NCBI RefSeq assembly: GCF_009914755.1
Contig: NC_060932.1
DNA: 64,000 bases
Source: the human T2T-CHM13v2.0 reference genome, Homo sapiens
Direction: 5' to 3' (one strand)
Below, piece by piece: positions 52,006 to 64,000 of the stretch. The position numbers and the translations under genes were made by a program. The notes beneath the pieces were generated by a model. It had not been told where the DNA came from, made no database searches, and saw nothing but the letters and a program-made list of their open reading frames with translations. Numbering within the stretch: the first letter of the stretch is position 1; each line of letters begins with the position of its first letter.

Positions 52006-53731
52006 CTTGTGTTATGATACTCTCTAGTAACATTTCTGCAAAACATTGCAGAATTTTATCTATTGTCTTCTGGCATTGGATGTTGCTATGAAAAAACTGA
52101 TGTCAGGCTAATGCTTTTCTTTTGTAGTTTAAGTTCTCTCCGAATGGAACTCTACATATATATTTGCATATATATGGCACACACATGCACCCACACAGAC
52201 ACACACACACACATTGTGCTCTTTTGTTCCGAAGATTCTACTCTCTTTAGTTCAAATTGTCTTTCATTGTATCTGTATTTCACTGACTGAATTCTTTAAA
52301 TCACAGACATTATTTATTCTATGCTGAATTGTCTTGAAAAACCCTTATATTGGTTGGAATTGTCTAATAATTTAAATTTTTTTACCATTTTATTATTTCA
52401 AGCATTTTTCTATACCCAAAGCTCAGTTTTTTGTTCTCTCAAATTCGTTTCTTGCTGTTTCTAATTTATTAGTTTTGAAAAGCTATTGTACATGTTTCCT
52501 GATGTTGGTGATAGTTTTTCATCTCATTTTAAAATTTTATAATTTGTGTTTGAGCTCTCGTCTCATTCTATTCAAGCTTCTTAAACTTGTTATATAGCTC
52601 AGAATATTTATCAGGCATTTGCTTTAGTTCCCTGCATTCTTCCATGCTCAGTTTTTCATTGTCTTTTCTATTCTATGTTCCTTTTCTTTACTGTCGTTAT
52701 GTCTTATGTTTTATATTTTGGGGTATTACTGGCAATTATTGGGACTTTTCAGTCTTCTTGCTTTTGAGATACAGGGATAGGGTTAGGACTCTTGTCACTC
52801 TACTACAGAATACTTTTATGGTTCTTAGTTAACTAGTGTGTGTATGTGTATGTGTGTGTATCTTTATTAATATCACTATTTTATGTTATTTTTGTAATTG
52901 TTGGCATGTTATTTTTATTGTTTGTCAGGCTTTAGGTATTGGAATGGGAATTTCTGTATGGTAGCTTTATACTGCCCTCTCTGCCTGGAATTCTCACTTC
53001 TATAATTTTTAATGTGGATATTTTTCCATTTTGCTACAAATTTATCAAGACTTGAACCATTTATAATTCACAATTATAGGCCATAACCCCTGCTATATAA
53101 CAGGTATATAATAGATTATCAATACATGGTTGATGTATAAAATAAAATGAATACATAAACATAACATGTAGCCTCTAGAAAAGTAGAAAATTTTCAGTTC
53201 AACAACGTTTATGCATGAATGACAGTAAATCAATCAGAAACTTAAAATATCTCTCTCTATAGTTGGATTAAATGAACACTCTCTTGCTGTTTTACAGAGT
53301 GGTGAGAAGAAACTATATCCCTCATGTGTATGTTTAATTGTTATCATGATGGCTGCATGGAGTAATTAAATCTTAAGTCTTCCTTGTTTAAAATAAAATG
53401 TAAATTCCCTTGGGCAAAATAAAATTCTAGCTTCATTTTGTGTGAGATAATAATATCATTTTTTAACATTCAGTTTTGCTGACAAAAGAAAGATAATATC
53501 CAAGGAACTAAATATGTGATGTGGGCTAAATATTGCTAATATACAGTGAAAACGTTACAGTATAAAAAGATTTATTTTCTTCTTTTGCTTCACAATATTA
53601 CTATTACTATCAATATTTCCCATTTATATACTTTAACGACATCTAATTAGTCAAAGCCATTGAAGTCTGCCACACTTGAAGTTCCCGGAACATACCATCT
53701 ACATCGTGAACTAATGTTTTTTATTTCTTAA

Positions 53732-53971
53732 CCTATTTCCCGTTTGCCCCAAGAATATTCTTGTCTCTAATCCTAATGTAACATCATATACATTCCTGTT
53801 ACATTGAGATTAGAGAAAAGTTCTGTTAAGAAATAACTACAAGAACTGTTTATATTTTGTTTTCACATTGAAAATCAGTCAGATTTGCTTCAGTCTCAAA
53901 GAACATGTTTATGTAAAATTAAATGAGCACTGGCCCCAAGCTGCAATTTTTTTTTCTAAATGGGAAATGAG
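53732..53971 (+). mobile_element. MER75B piggyBac-family MITE
   Basis: TTAA at 53728-53731 and 53972-53975. TIRs cctatttcccgttt / aaatgggaaatgag, 240 bp, with an internal hairpin. Confidence 0.92.
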
Positions 53972-54439
53972 TTAAAATTCTCAAAACATAATTCAAAGCT
54001 GTATTTTGAGGGTTAAAAACCTACTTATAGCACTTAGCATAATAAATGGTAATAATTCAAAATATGCTATACGTTTATATAACCATCATTACTGTTGTCA
54101 TAATTTAATTGCCCCCTTACATCAGGATAAAATCCAAACTACTGAGCTCTCTTTGAAGGACTCCCTAGATTTGTACATTCCTAAATCTCAGGAATGAATC
54201 TGATAATATCCTCTGCCAGGCCCATTCACAGTGACTTGATCTCCCTTTTCTATGTAAGCTATGTGTCTCTCACTTCTGGGCCCTTGAATGTGTTGTGGTT
54301 TTACTTTGAATATATTATTTTTCTGTCTTCATGCAAGAGGAAGACAAGAAAGAAGAAAAAATTTTTCCATATAGGAAACTTTCCTTACCCTCCCCTCACA
54401 GCAGAGTTCTCCATATAAAATATGAATAAGAATAGATAT

Positions 54440-55400
54440 CACAATGGATGAGAGAGAACTTCTATTCCTAGAAGTAGGGCAGACTATATACTCTGACAGA
54501 CTCTTCCATAGAAAAAAAAATCTAAAAATGCCAGACAAAAAATAGAAAAAGAGTAATTTAAAATAAAACTCTAGAAGGTGGTAACTCGATAAAATCAGCA
54601 GTCATTTAAAATGTCATTCTGAATGTGGAAGAAAACCAACACAATTTTACAGGTGAGCTTTATCAAACATTAAAGGAACAAATAATTTTAATTTTAAACA
54701 AACAGTCCTGGGTATATAAGGAAACAACATTCTCCCGAGTCATTTTACAAGACTAGTAAATTTAGTTTGATATCCGTACTTAACAAAGACTGTACAAAAC
54801 ATGGAAAACGTCAGGTCAGTCACCCTCACAAACAGATGCAAACATACTAAACCAAGTATTAGCAAATAGATTCAGGTATGCATAAAACATGAGTAAATCT
54901 ATCTTCAAAATGAGAAACTGATTTCAACGTTAGAAAAAATAAAGTTTATTTCATTAAAAAGTTTGGAAAGAGCCTTTGTTCATCTTGAAGATTAAGGAAA
55001 GCACTCTTTTAGGAAAAAAAAAATTCTTAACGATAAACAGAATTAAACTTCTGTAAACTGGTAAGTCTCCAGCAAACAGAATACTTAGTGGAAAAAAGAA
55101 GCTAGCATGTCACTATGAGGGACAATACAAAGTTGTCTGCTATAAGCAATTTTATTTAACACTGTACTAAATGTTCTAGCTAGCTCAGTCAGGTAAGAAA
55201 AATAAGTACAGGTTTGTAGTAACTGGAAAGGAAGGAACTACCGGTTTTTATTATTTTCACAGTATGATTATGGAAAAACTACATAATGACATCTCCCAAT
55301 ACATTTTTATAACATCAGGTCTCTATATATGAAATCAATATATAAAAATAATTTGCATTTTATTCAGTAGCAATAATATCTATGCAAGTACTTAACAGGG
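54440..55400 (+). mobile_element. Old L1ME-class fragments (5' stub plus ORF2 pieces)
   Basis: ttttacaggtgagctttatcaaacattaaaggaacaaataa..agatgcaaa..gtattagcaaataga..tttaacactgtactaaatgttctagc. Confidence 0.65.
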
Positions 55401-55429
55401 AAATCACAAGAAAACCTTTGTATGGATCA

Positions 55430-56680
55430 TTCCCAGCTGATTAAATTAAAAAATATCATACTACAGTTGTGACATTCAGTAGACATTCTGATTTCTACTT
55501 CTTTGCTTCAATTTTTGGCTTACAATTGATACAACGAATGAAATTCACTTATGGTTCTACTTCACCACGAATTCTACTCAAAGCTGCTATTCCAATGTCT
55601 GTTTTGCCTACACAAGTTTTCTGCCTAAAACATTGTTCTTATTTACTTAACAAGTTTTTACTTTTGAGATCAAATTTTCTTCAAAACACCTTTGCTTTAG
55701 GGGCAGAGATAAAAAGGAGTTCTTCGAGTATTTCGTTATTGAAACAGAACCTACCAAATGCCATTATTTAAGCTGCAGTTTCAGCTGTATAGCAAACAAT
55801 GTGGACTGTAATTTGTTTCAGTACTAGTTTCTTCAAATCTTCAACAATATATTTGTTGATAAAATGCTAGCTTGTCACCATATAGCTTCTTACACTATTA
55901 TTTTAACGGGAAGAATGTATTTCCCAAAATGGCATTCTGTTTCTTAGTTATTTAGAAAGAAATCTCAAAAGTGTATTTTAGTTTTTATCATTACATTTAG
56001 TTAAATTTTGTAAATTACGAATTGAGCATTAAACGGCTTTAAATATAACTTAAAAATTACAGAGATTTATCTTCATTTTATGAATGCTGAGTTAAAAGTC
56101 ATCTGAATACTTATTTCATATTTCACTTGCTAATACCTCAAAGCATCAGGTAAAGCTGAGTTTATATTAATCAGGTAGTTGTAAATAAATATTTCAAGTA
56201 GTCATTATTTGACATGTTATATGGTACTCAATATTTTCAAGTTTTTTTTTTTTGAGTACTTAATGGGTCATTGTTTTTTTTACGTCTCAGTTTGACTGAG
56301 AGCTCATACTCCATGGAGGTGAAATGAGAACTCCACTATTTGATCCTTTGCTTGCTTTTAAAAGATTAACATTATCTTTAATCTGTTTATTCTTTGGAGC
56401 AATCCTTGTGAACCTTTTGTTCATTTTCTGTGAGTTAGTTGTCTTCCAACTGCTCAGTAAGAGTGGTAGGACAAAGAAACAACCACTGAACTTGAAGCAT
56501 AAAAAAAAAGAAAAAGAAAGAAACAACCACTGGATTAGTCCTAGTAATGGAACTAGGTAACATGTCAGCCTGACTGTATGCACGCAAGTGTAACTCACAG
56601 TCGCATCCAGCACTGGTTGTATTTGGAATTAAAAATTCAAACAAAAACATTTCTCCATGAACATTTCTCCATGACTGTCA
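55430..56680 (-). mobile_element. hAT-Charlie (Charlie7-like) transposon with a decayed transposase
   Basis: The minus strand translates to Charlie/Buster transposase remnants: FAIQL, MAFGRFCFNNEILEELLF, NKNNVL, VNFIRCI (cf. the hAT motif FIHCIIH). Confidence 0.75.
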
Positions 56681-56814
56681 TGTATTGTGACAATCCCCAG
56701 ATGGTAGGGATAATCTCAACGGGGCAGAGTAGAGCTGGATTGTATGATTCCTACAACAATCATCTGGCTTGTCTAGGCAAACATTTCAAAATTAAATGAA
56801 TAAAGAAATAAGTA

Positions 56815-57340
56815 AAGAAAATGAATACACAATGGAATACTATTTAGCCATAAAAATGAAATTATGTCATTTGCAGACACAGGGATACAACTGGAGGTCA
56901 TTATGTTAAAGTGAAACAAGCCAGACCCAGAAAGAAAGACAAATATTGGATGTTCTCACTATTATGTGGGAGCTAGAAGAGATAATCTCCTGGAGGCAGA
57001 GAGTAGAATCACAGACATCAGAGGCTTGGGAGGATGTGTGGGTGAGTGGGAGGGGAGGGAAGAGAGATTGGTTAATAGGTAAAAACATAGAATTAGATAA
57101 AAGGAATAAGTTTTAATGTTCAATATCAAACTAGGGTGACTGGTTAACAAAAATGTGTATTTCAAAGTAGCTAGAAAAGAAGATTTGGAATGTTTCTAAC
57201 AGATAGAAATGATAAAGAGAAAGATACACTAAGTACCCTGGTTTGATCATTACACATTGTATGTTTGTAGCAAAATACCACATATACCCCATATATATGT
57301 ACAAATATTATGTATCAATTAAAAAATTTAAATAAAAAAT
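56815..57340 (+). mobile_element. L1MA4-like 3' end
   Basis: cacaatggaatactatttagccataaaaa..tttgatcattacacattgtatg..aatattatgtatcaattaaaa. Confidence 0.85.
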
Positions 57341-59855
57341 ATATAAATTGCTTCTATGCAGCCTAATAGGCATATACTTTCCAAATCTATATTATAGGTC
57401 TGCTTTTCTAATGAGTTGTAAGAAGGCATCTCTTTGTGAGACCAGATTTCCTCATCAACACTTGTTTGGGTACATTATCCTCTCAATATCCAAGTAATCA
57501 ATAGTTTGTGCTCTGCTGAATAACAAGTAATACTGGAATATAGCACCAATTTTTATTTCCTTCAATACTGGGGGCATGGATGACGGCCAAAAAATATTAC
57601 TGCTGTGTAGTGTTCATTCTTCCATATCCTGAATACTCTGACTTGCAAACTTTTCAGGTATAGTTGTACATGAGTGGGAAATGTTTTAGAAATTGCCATT
57701 TATTATTTCACAAATATTCATTAGCTATAAATACAATTAACCACAAATCAGTACACAGTTCAGGACAAAAATTTTAGATTTGAAGTCATATTGGGCAGAT
57801 TCTGGAATTATGGCTTCACCACCTCTATCTATAAGCAGGTATTCTATGTCTTCCAGCTTGCTCCTTCATCTGGAAAATGCTTCTCAGTGTCTGACCCTTA
57901 GCAGACATTCACTAAATAAAGCTTTCCTTTCTTTTTCTTTTAAAAACTCTTCACAGACACTGGAGGTAAGGTACATTTTTACTCCTTGCCCATCCATTTC
58001 TCTCTCCTACTGACTCTGTGGTTGTCATTTGTGGTTTTTTGATTTCTCATCCAGATGGACATATTTCTGGATGGGTGGTTATGTGGACACTCTGGATGGA
58101 GATGGAACTCTTCCATGTGCCTGAAGGAGCATCTTCACTTTACACTCCATGTGCTCTAGCAGGATGGAGTTTATTAACGTATACTGTGGACTGACGGCAT
58201 TATGTCTTCAGGAATTAGAAAATATCATCAGATGCAAAGTTACTCAATTAAAGAAAACGTATCTGCCTACATATTAGACTAAACGTTAGGAATAAATAAA
58301 ATATTTGGTAAAAACAATTCCGTCTATAAAAAGAAAAGGGATTAAATCTGTTTGACGGGGTAGCTGATGTTATGTTTTAAATATGAGATATTTAAGATAG
58401 AGTAAGAAATTACTAATATATATATATATACAGCTTTGACTTAGTTTGGGTTATATAAAATTTCTCTTTTCTAACGATCACGATTGAATATTGGCAAATT
58501 TGTGGTGTAAATGTCACAGTTCTGGTGATAGTCTTCCTTGGAAAAAGAAATTTCAATTATATGAAAACCTTGAAAGGAATAAATCTCAAAAATATTTCTT
58601 CGCTCACAAAAATGTGGGTTACATTCCATAATTTGACAGTTCGGAATGGGTTCTATTTCCTTGGGCAAATGAGACAGCATCAAGACTACCTTTTGTGTTT
58701 GTTATCCACCCGTTATATTTCCTTAGAATAAGTATAATCATGTATCTTCCAAAATGGGATGCTTTTGAGAGTAAAAGAAGAACTACTAGTTGTCAAGGTG
58801 GATTTAAAAATGCAAAACTGGAACTGTACAGATCAAAGTGGCTCCATGATAATTTTCCTTACTAATAACCCAGGTGCCTCTCTACAGTGCTTTGTTTCTA
58901 AAACACTGGAACAAAATTGGGTTGATTCTAACTTTATCACACTGGATTAACAGAGTCAGGCTCCAACTGATTCACCCAAGGATCATTTCTCTGTTTTATG
59001 GAATGAATCCAGTATGCCTAGATCAGAAGACTCATTCCTTCATATGACATATTAGTTTTTGCCCTCCCTGATGCTTCAACAACAGAAATGTGACTGTCAG
59101 AATTAACTTTAATTAAATATTAAAACTAGTAAAATCTATTTCTTGCTGCTTCCATTTCAACAATAAAATCTATTTTAAAACAGTGTACTCATTTAAATAC
59201 AGCAGTTGCATCTTCCTTTATTATTGTATCAGTAAATCATCAGTAATTTTTAACTGTGTCAGAGATACCAAAGCCAAAATAAGCATAAATATATTTTGTT
59301 CAATGAATTTAACAATTTGCATATCATGTTATTTTCATCATCTATATTGAATTCTTACTACATAATGTTCTTGTTTTCTGTCTACCTATTCTGACCACTT
59401 TATAGTCAGTTTCCTTTATTGTTTCTGATTCATTTCCCTAATTTTTAAATATTGGGAGGCCTCAAAAATTAACCTTCAAAAAATCTTTCTTTTTTTTTTC
59501 TCTCCACACTAAGTCCCTGCAGCATCTAGTACATTTTCATAGCTTCACGTACCACCTAATGACCTAATGACAATTTCCTGGACTCCAGAATCATATATCC
59601 ATCTGCCTCTATGATACATCCACTTGGAATTGACATCTGGAAATTTTTAGGTCCCAACTGAGTCACTGCTATTAAATCTCCCCTATCAAGTTGAAGATTT
59701 ATAATCTCACAGATTTATCCTTTCTAGTGGTGGTTACTGCTGGTCTACACTGCTCAGGCTAAAATACATGGTGTTTGATTTCTCTCTCTCTTTCATACTC
59801 TGTTTCCAGTGTATTAGACAATCCTATTGACTCCAATTTTAAAATGTATCCAGAG

Positions 59856-60660
59856 CACTGTTCAAAATAGTCAAAACGTAGAAACAATATATTGTCCATC
59901 AACTGATGAAAAGATAAATGTCTTGTATCCAAACAATGGAATATCATTCCGTCATTAAAAGGAATTAATTACTGATATATGCTGCAACATGGATGAACCT
60001 AGAAACATTATTCTAAGCAAAGGAAGCCAGTCACAAAGGCCACATATTTTATATTTGGATTAAATTAGCAGAAAGTCATTGACCTGAGACTGTCCCATAT
60101 TTTGAGTTTCTAAGGAATACTCCAAAATCTATCTTAGGATTATGTACATTTCTGCAAAAAAAAAACAGCCAAAAGTCAGCCAGGGACAAATAGCGGGTCA
60201 CAGTCAGTCCATGCCCAAATAAGGCAAACACCTAGCTGTAGCTAATCCGATGATTTCATTAGTTTGTTTTTGTGAGCTTGCTGCTCATGCTGCTGGGTGG
60301 AGCTCTCTCAACCTCTCTTAGTTCTGAGTGCTGTCTGATTCATGAATTGTTCATTGTTCAAATAAATGCTGTTGAATATAATTTGTCTAAAGTTTTTCTT
60401 TTAGCTGTGTAATTCCATTTATATGAAATGTCCAGAATAGGCAAATTCAGAGAGGCAGACAGCAGATTAGTGGTACCAGGGGAAGGAGAGGAGGAGGGTA
60501 TGGGACATTACTGCTTAAAGGGCATGGGGTTTTCTTTTGGAATGTGTAAAGTGTCTTGAAACTAGAGAGAGATGGATGTACTAAACGTCACTAAATGTCA
60601 CATTTTAGAATGATTAATTTTATGCTATGTGAATTTTACCTCAATAAACAAAAGCAAAAA
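59856..60660 (+). mobile_element. L1MB 3' end, split by a MER93-like LTR
   Basis: tgtccatcaactgatgaa..gaagccagtcacaaaggccacata, then attccatttatatgaaatgtccagaataggcaaat..cctcaataaa. Confidence 0.85.
60055..60405 (+). mobile_element. MER93/MER57-family ERV1 solo LTR
   Basis: ccaaataaggcaaacacctagctgtagctaatc..ttctgagtgctgtctgattcatgaattgttc..aatttgtctaaagtttttctttta. Confidence 0.75.
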
Positions 60661-60700
60661 ATGTGTGTCCAGAAATAAATCACTTCTTATTACCTCCAAC

Positions 60701-61337
60701 TGTAATCACCCAATGGGTTCTTCTTCCTCGCTGCACAAATAAAACAATTTGGTAAGACTGGGATATTGCAGTAGAGAAAGAGTTTAATGAATGCAGAGCT
60801 AGCCAAGTAGAACTAGAGTTATTACTAAAACCAATCTCCTGTGAACTCAGAAGCTAGAGTTTTATTACAATTTTGTGGGCAGAGAGCTAGGAAATGGGTG
60901 CTGCTGATCAGTTGGGATGAAATCATAGCAACATGGAAAACAGTTACTGTGCATTGTCTGCCTGTGGGTGGAAACCACAGGACTAGTTGAGTCATGAGTC
61001 ATGTGTCCAGGTTGGGTCAGTCAATTGCCAGAATACAAAAGTCTGAAACACCACACCTACATCTTAGCAGACCTCAAGCCCCTTCCATAATTCTATTCTC
61101 ATGGCCTTTCATTAGTCATACAAAGGTGGTTTTGGTCCCAAGCAAAAAGGGCATTAGTCTAAGGGAGGGACTATTATTCTTACTTCAAATTTAAACTCTA
61201 AACTTAATTCTTTCCTTGGTTAGCTTGGTCTACATCCAGGAATGAGCAAGGAAAGCCAGCTGGTGAGGCTAGATGCAAAGTGGAGTCAGCCATGCTAGAT
61301 TTTTCTTACCATTGTAATCTTTGCAAAGGTGGCTACA
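60701..61337 (-). mobile_element. LTR8A/LTR8B ERV1 solo LTR
   Basis: Right end tggagtcagccatgctagattt..aatctttgcaaaggtggctaca is the reverse complement of the LTR8A/B start. Left end tgtaatcacccaatgggttc. Confidence 0.85.
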
Positions 61338-64000
61338 AACCCAGGATCCTGTTTCAAGATACTCTCTTCTCTCCACTAAATTACAGTGATAACTTTCGAA
61401 CTTATTTCTTAGTAAGACTGATACTATAAAATTATGAGATCATTTCACTCTTGAGTTCAAAACTTTCCAGTAGCTTTTGTACCTTTCAGAATGAATATCA
61501 ACATCTTTATGTGACTATCAAGACCCAGGAAGATCAGCCCTCTCTGTTGCTTCACTGATCTCACCTCTTAACTTTGCCCCTGACCTCTGATATCTTATTT
61601 CCTCTCCTCCAGTCAGAAAGGTTGACCACCTTTCTACTCCTTCAAATATGAGACAATAAACCATCTCAGGGGATTTGCAGCTGCTGTTTCCACTGCCTAG
61701 AATTCTTGCTCTGCCCAGATACATTCATTTTTAATCCATAGCTTCCTTCTGAAATAATCTTTTCAGTAAGGCTACTCCAGGAAGAATCACAACCCCTGTT
61801 CTCCTGCCCACACAACCGTTTCCCTATTTGACTTTATCTCTCAACATTTGTCAATAATGTGTTATAAATTTTTATGTATTTATCTTATTGCTTGTACACC
61901 TTTCTCTATAATAATGCTCCATGCATTTAAAAAAAGTCCACAGATTTTTACCTCTTTTTATCTCTGATGTAAATAACATCACATTGATAACATTACATTG
62001 ACATCTCCGATGTAAAAAACACATCTATCACATTGATAGATGTCCAGGTGTTATTTAAAAATTAATAATTATGAGGCATTTAAAATATATTGCAATACTG
62101 AACAAAATTATTTAAGGAGACCAGACTTATGGATTATTAAATCTAGCAAAAAATTACTTTTACTTTTAAATGCTGGTTTTGTAAATTTTGCTCTAAATCA
62201 TATGAAAAGATATTCTAATACATACAGCTAACTCATTCTGTGCCTCACAATCCTGTTTTCATAGCAGTGTCAGCAGAAAAGAACTGATTGCTGTAGATTT
62301 TGTTGAAACTCATTTCCAATTTCTGATTAAATTGCTTTTATTGAACTTAATTGTAATGTATATATGAATTAGCTGAGAACAATAACATGGCCAGACTTGA
62401 TCAAAAATTCTTCAGAAGACCATGCTAAAATATAAATTGCATGGACTCAAAGCATGTGCATTAAGACAAACATTAGATCGAAAAACCACTGTTTTAAGAT
62501 TTTCTAAATTCAGGGTTGATTTAATGCAACTCCGAAGCAGACTATGGAGGAAATTTATAAGGAAAACTGATTTTAATTAAGAGTTTAAATGGTCTCAAGA
62601 TAAACAGTATGTGTTCCGGACCTTTTGAGTTGGAAGAAAGGGTTTTGAATCTCGTTTTATCCCAGATAAGGAACGATCCACTCTTCCAGCTTTCTAAATT
62701 ATTGTACACATTTTATAAAGGACCAGTCATAGAAATCCAAATTATATAAGCATGACAGATGGCTATGTCTTTGAACATTATAAACTTTATTTAAAATATG
62801 CAAAAATACTACTTGGAATGCCATAAGCAGTGCACAGGCATCTCATAAGACTGCAGGACGGGGAGACTGATTGAGGTCCACAAATCATCAAATCTCATTT
62901 GTATCATATTTGTAAACTACTACTTCATCAAATCCTATACTGGACTAGCCTATATTAAAAAAATCTGATATTATACCTTCTGTCTGAGGGCTGTGGTACT
63001 CATATAAAGGCTTAGGAAGAGAAAGAACTCAGATCATCTACAGACTGTAGAATCGACAGAAAAGGCTGGTAGTGTGCTCTGTCGACGGTGCTTGTCTGGG
63101 AGTCCCTCAGCTGCCTTTCAGTGACAACATTTCAGTGACAGGACTATAAACATGCCATTGTGTTTTCAATAAAGCTAGTTATTAGCCTTCAGAGGAGCAT
63201 GACAAATACAATAGATTTGAGGTTTCGATGAAACTATAGCTAAAGGATTTAGATTTTTAAAACATGTTGTACATGTTCTCTAGTCAATTTATTAAAAGTT
63301 GGAGATATAATTTTTCATTCAACATTAGTTTGCACTCATCCAAATGTAATTTTCTCTTCTCAGCAATTTAGTAGTGCCTTATGGAACTGGCCATGTAATG
63401 TGTTATGCATGAGGAGTTGACACTGTTATAAAATCCATATTCTGTATCTTTTTATAAGAAATAAACATTTACTTGCAGTTAAGGGACTGAAGCAGAAAAA
63501 GCAGCCAGGCCAATAATCAAAACACAAATATTTCTTTATCAATTATTTGAGGGGATTACAACAGGCAAATGAACCAGATATGTAAAAACATATCTATTTT
63601 TCACAGTATCAAGTTTCTTCTTCTTAGGGCTCATCGCTGTTTGTCAAAAATGTGTTTAACAAAAGAGATGTGTTTAACAACAACAGCAACAAACTATGTT
63701 TAAACAAAACTATATCTTTCTCTTTGCTCCACTTGAGGCTTTGTTCTTTTCAGAGTTCAAAAGCAAAATGAAGTTGACGGTCAAAATTGAATGAAATGTG
63801 CTCAAATACTGAGGAAGTCATAAAAAAAATTTTGTTGCAGACTTCCTGTGCTTGGAATGGCTTCGAAAAACATTGAAGGCAACTGACATTATATTTATTA
63901 CAGCAATATTCTGCTCAAAATTTACATAGTTATTTGTCAATTCTATATTAAAACTTAAATTACACAACTGAGAATGAAGCCTTGTTTGGGATGCCCCTAA

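Larger units (their letters stand above)
59350..61920 (+). mobile_element. L2 element split by L1MB and LTR8
   Basis: L2 segments at 59350-59855, 60670-60700 and 61340-61920 (catatatccatctgcct..catccacttgga; aatcacttcttattacctcca; tgcagctgctgtttccactgcctagaat). Confidence 0.7.

Overview
This is primate, human-like nuclear DNA. AluY/AluS/AluJ, L1PA/PB and MER75B are present, the sequence is AT-rich and CpG-depleted, and there is no CpG island, which fits a gene desert or a deep intron. I find no intact protein-coding gene, tRNA, rRNA or CRISPR array. The only gene-derived feature is a full-length processed pseudogene of MRPL49 (mitochondrial ribosomal protein L49) on the + strand at ~26181-27953. 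It is intronless, has a mutated start codon, a stop and frameshifts, a ~1.3-kb 3'UTR, a short A-tail and a 12-bp target-site duplication. Most of the remainder is layered transposable elements: L1 (PA/PB/MA/MB/ME), L2, MIR, Alu, ERVL/MaLR/ERV1 solo LTRs, and Tigger, hAT-Charlie and piggyBac DNA elements, with many nested insertions. Repeat subfamily names are from memory of consensus sequences and need RepeatMasker/Dfam confirmation. I found no convincing new biological system. The best leads are modest: the retrocopy's 3' end may carry antisense SYVN1 sequence, a frameshift-rescued 93-aa ORF in the retrocopy, an L1 with both a captured MIR-like fragment and a 1.4-kb deletion, a 28-bp L1 micro-insertion, and some candidate enhancers and exons.
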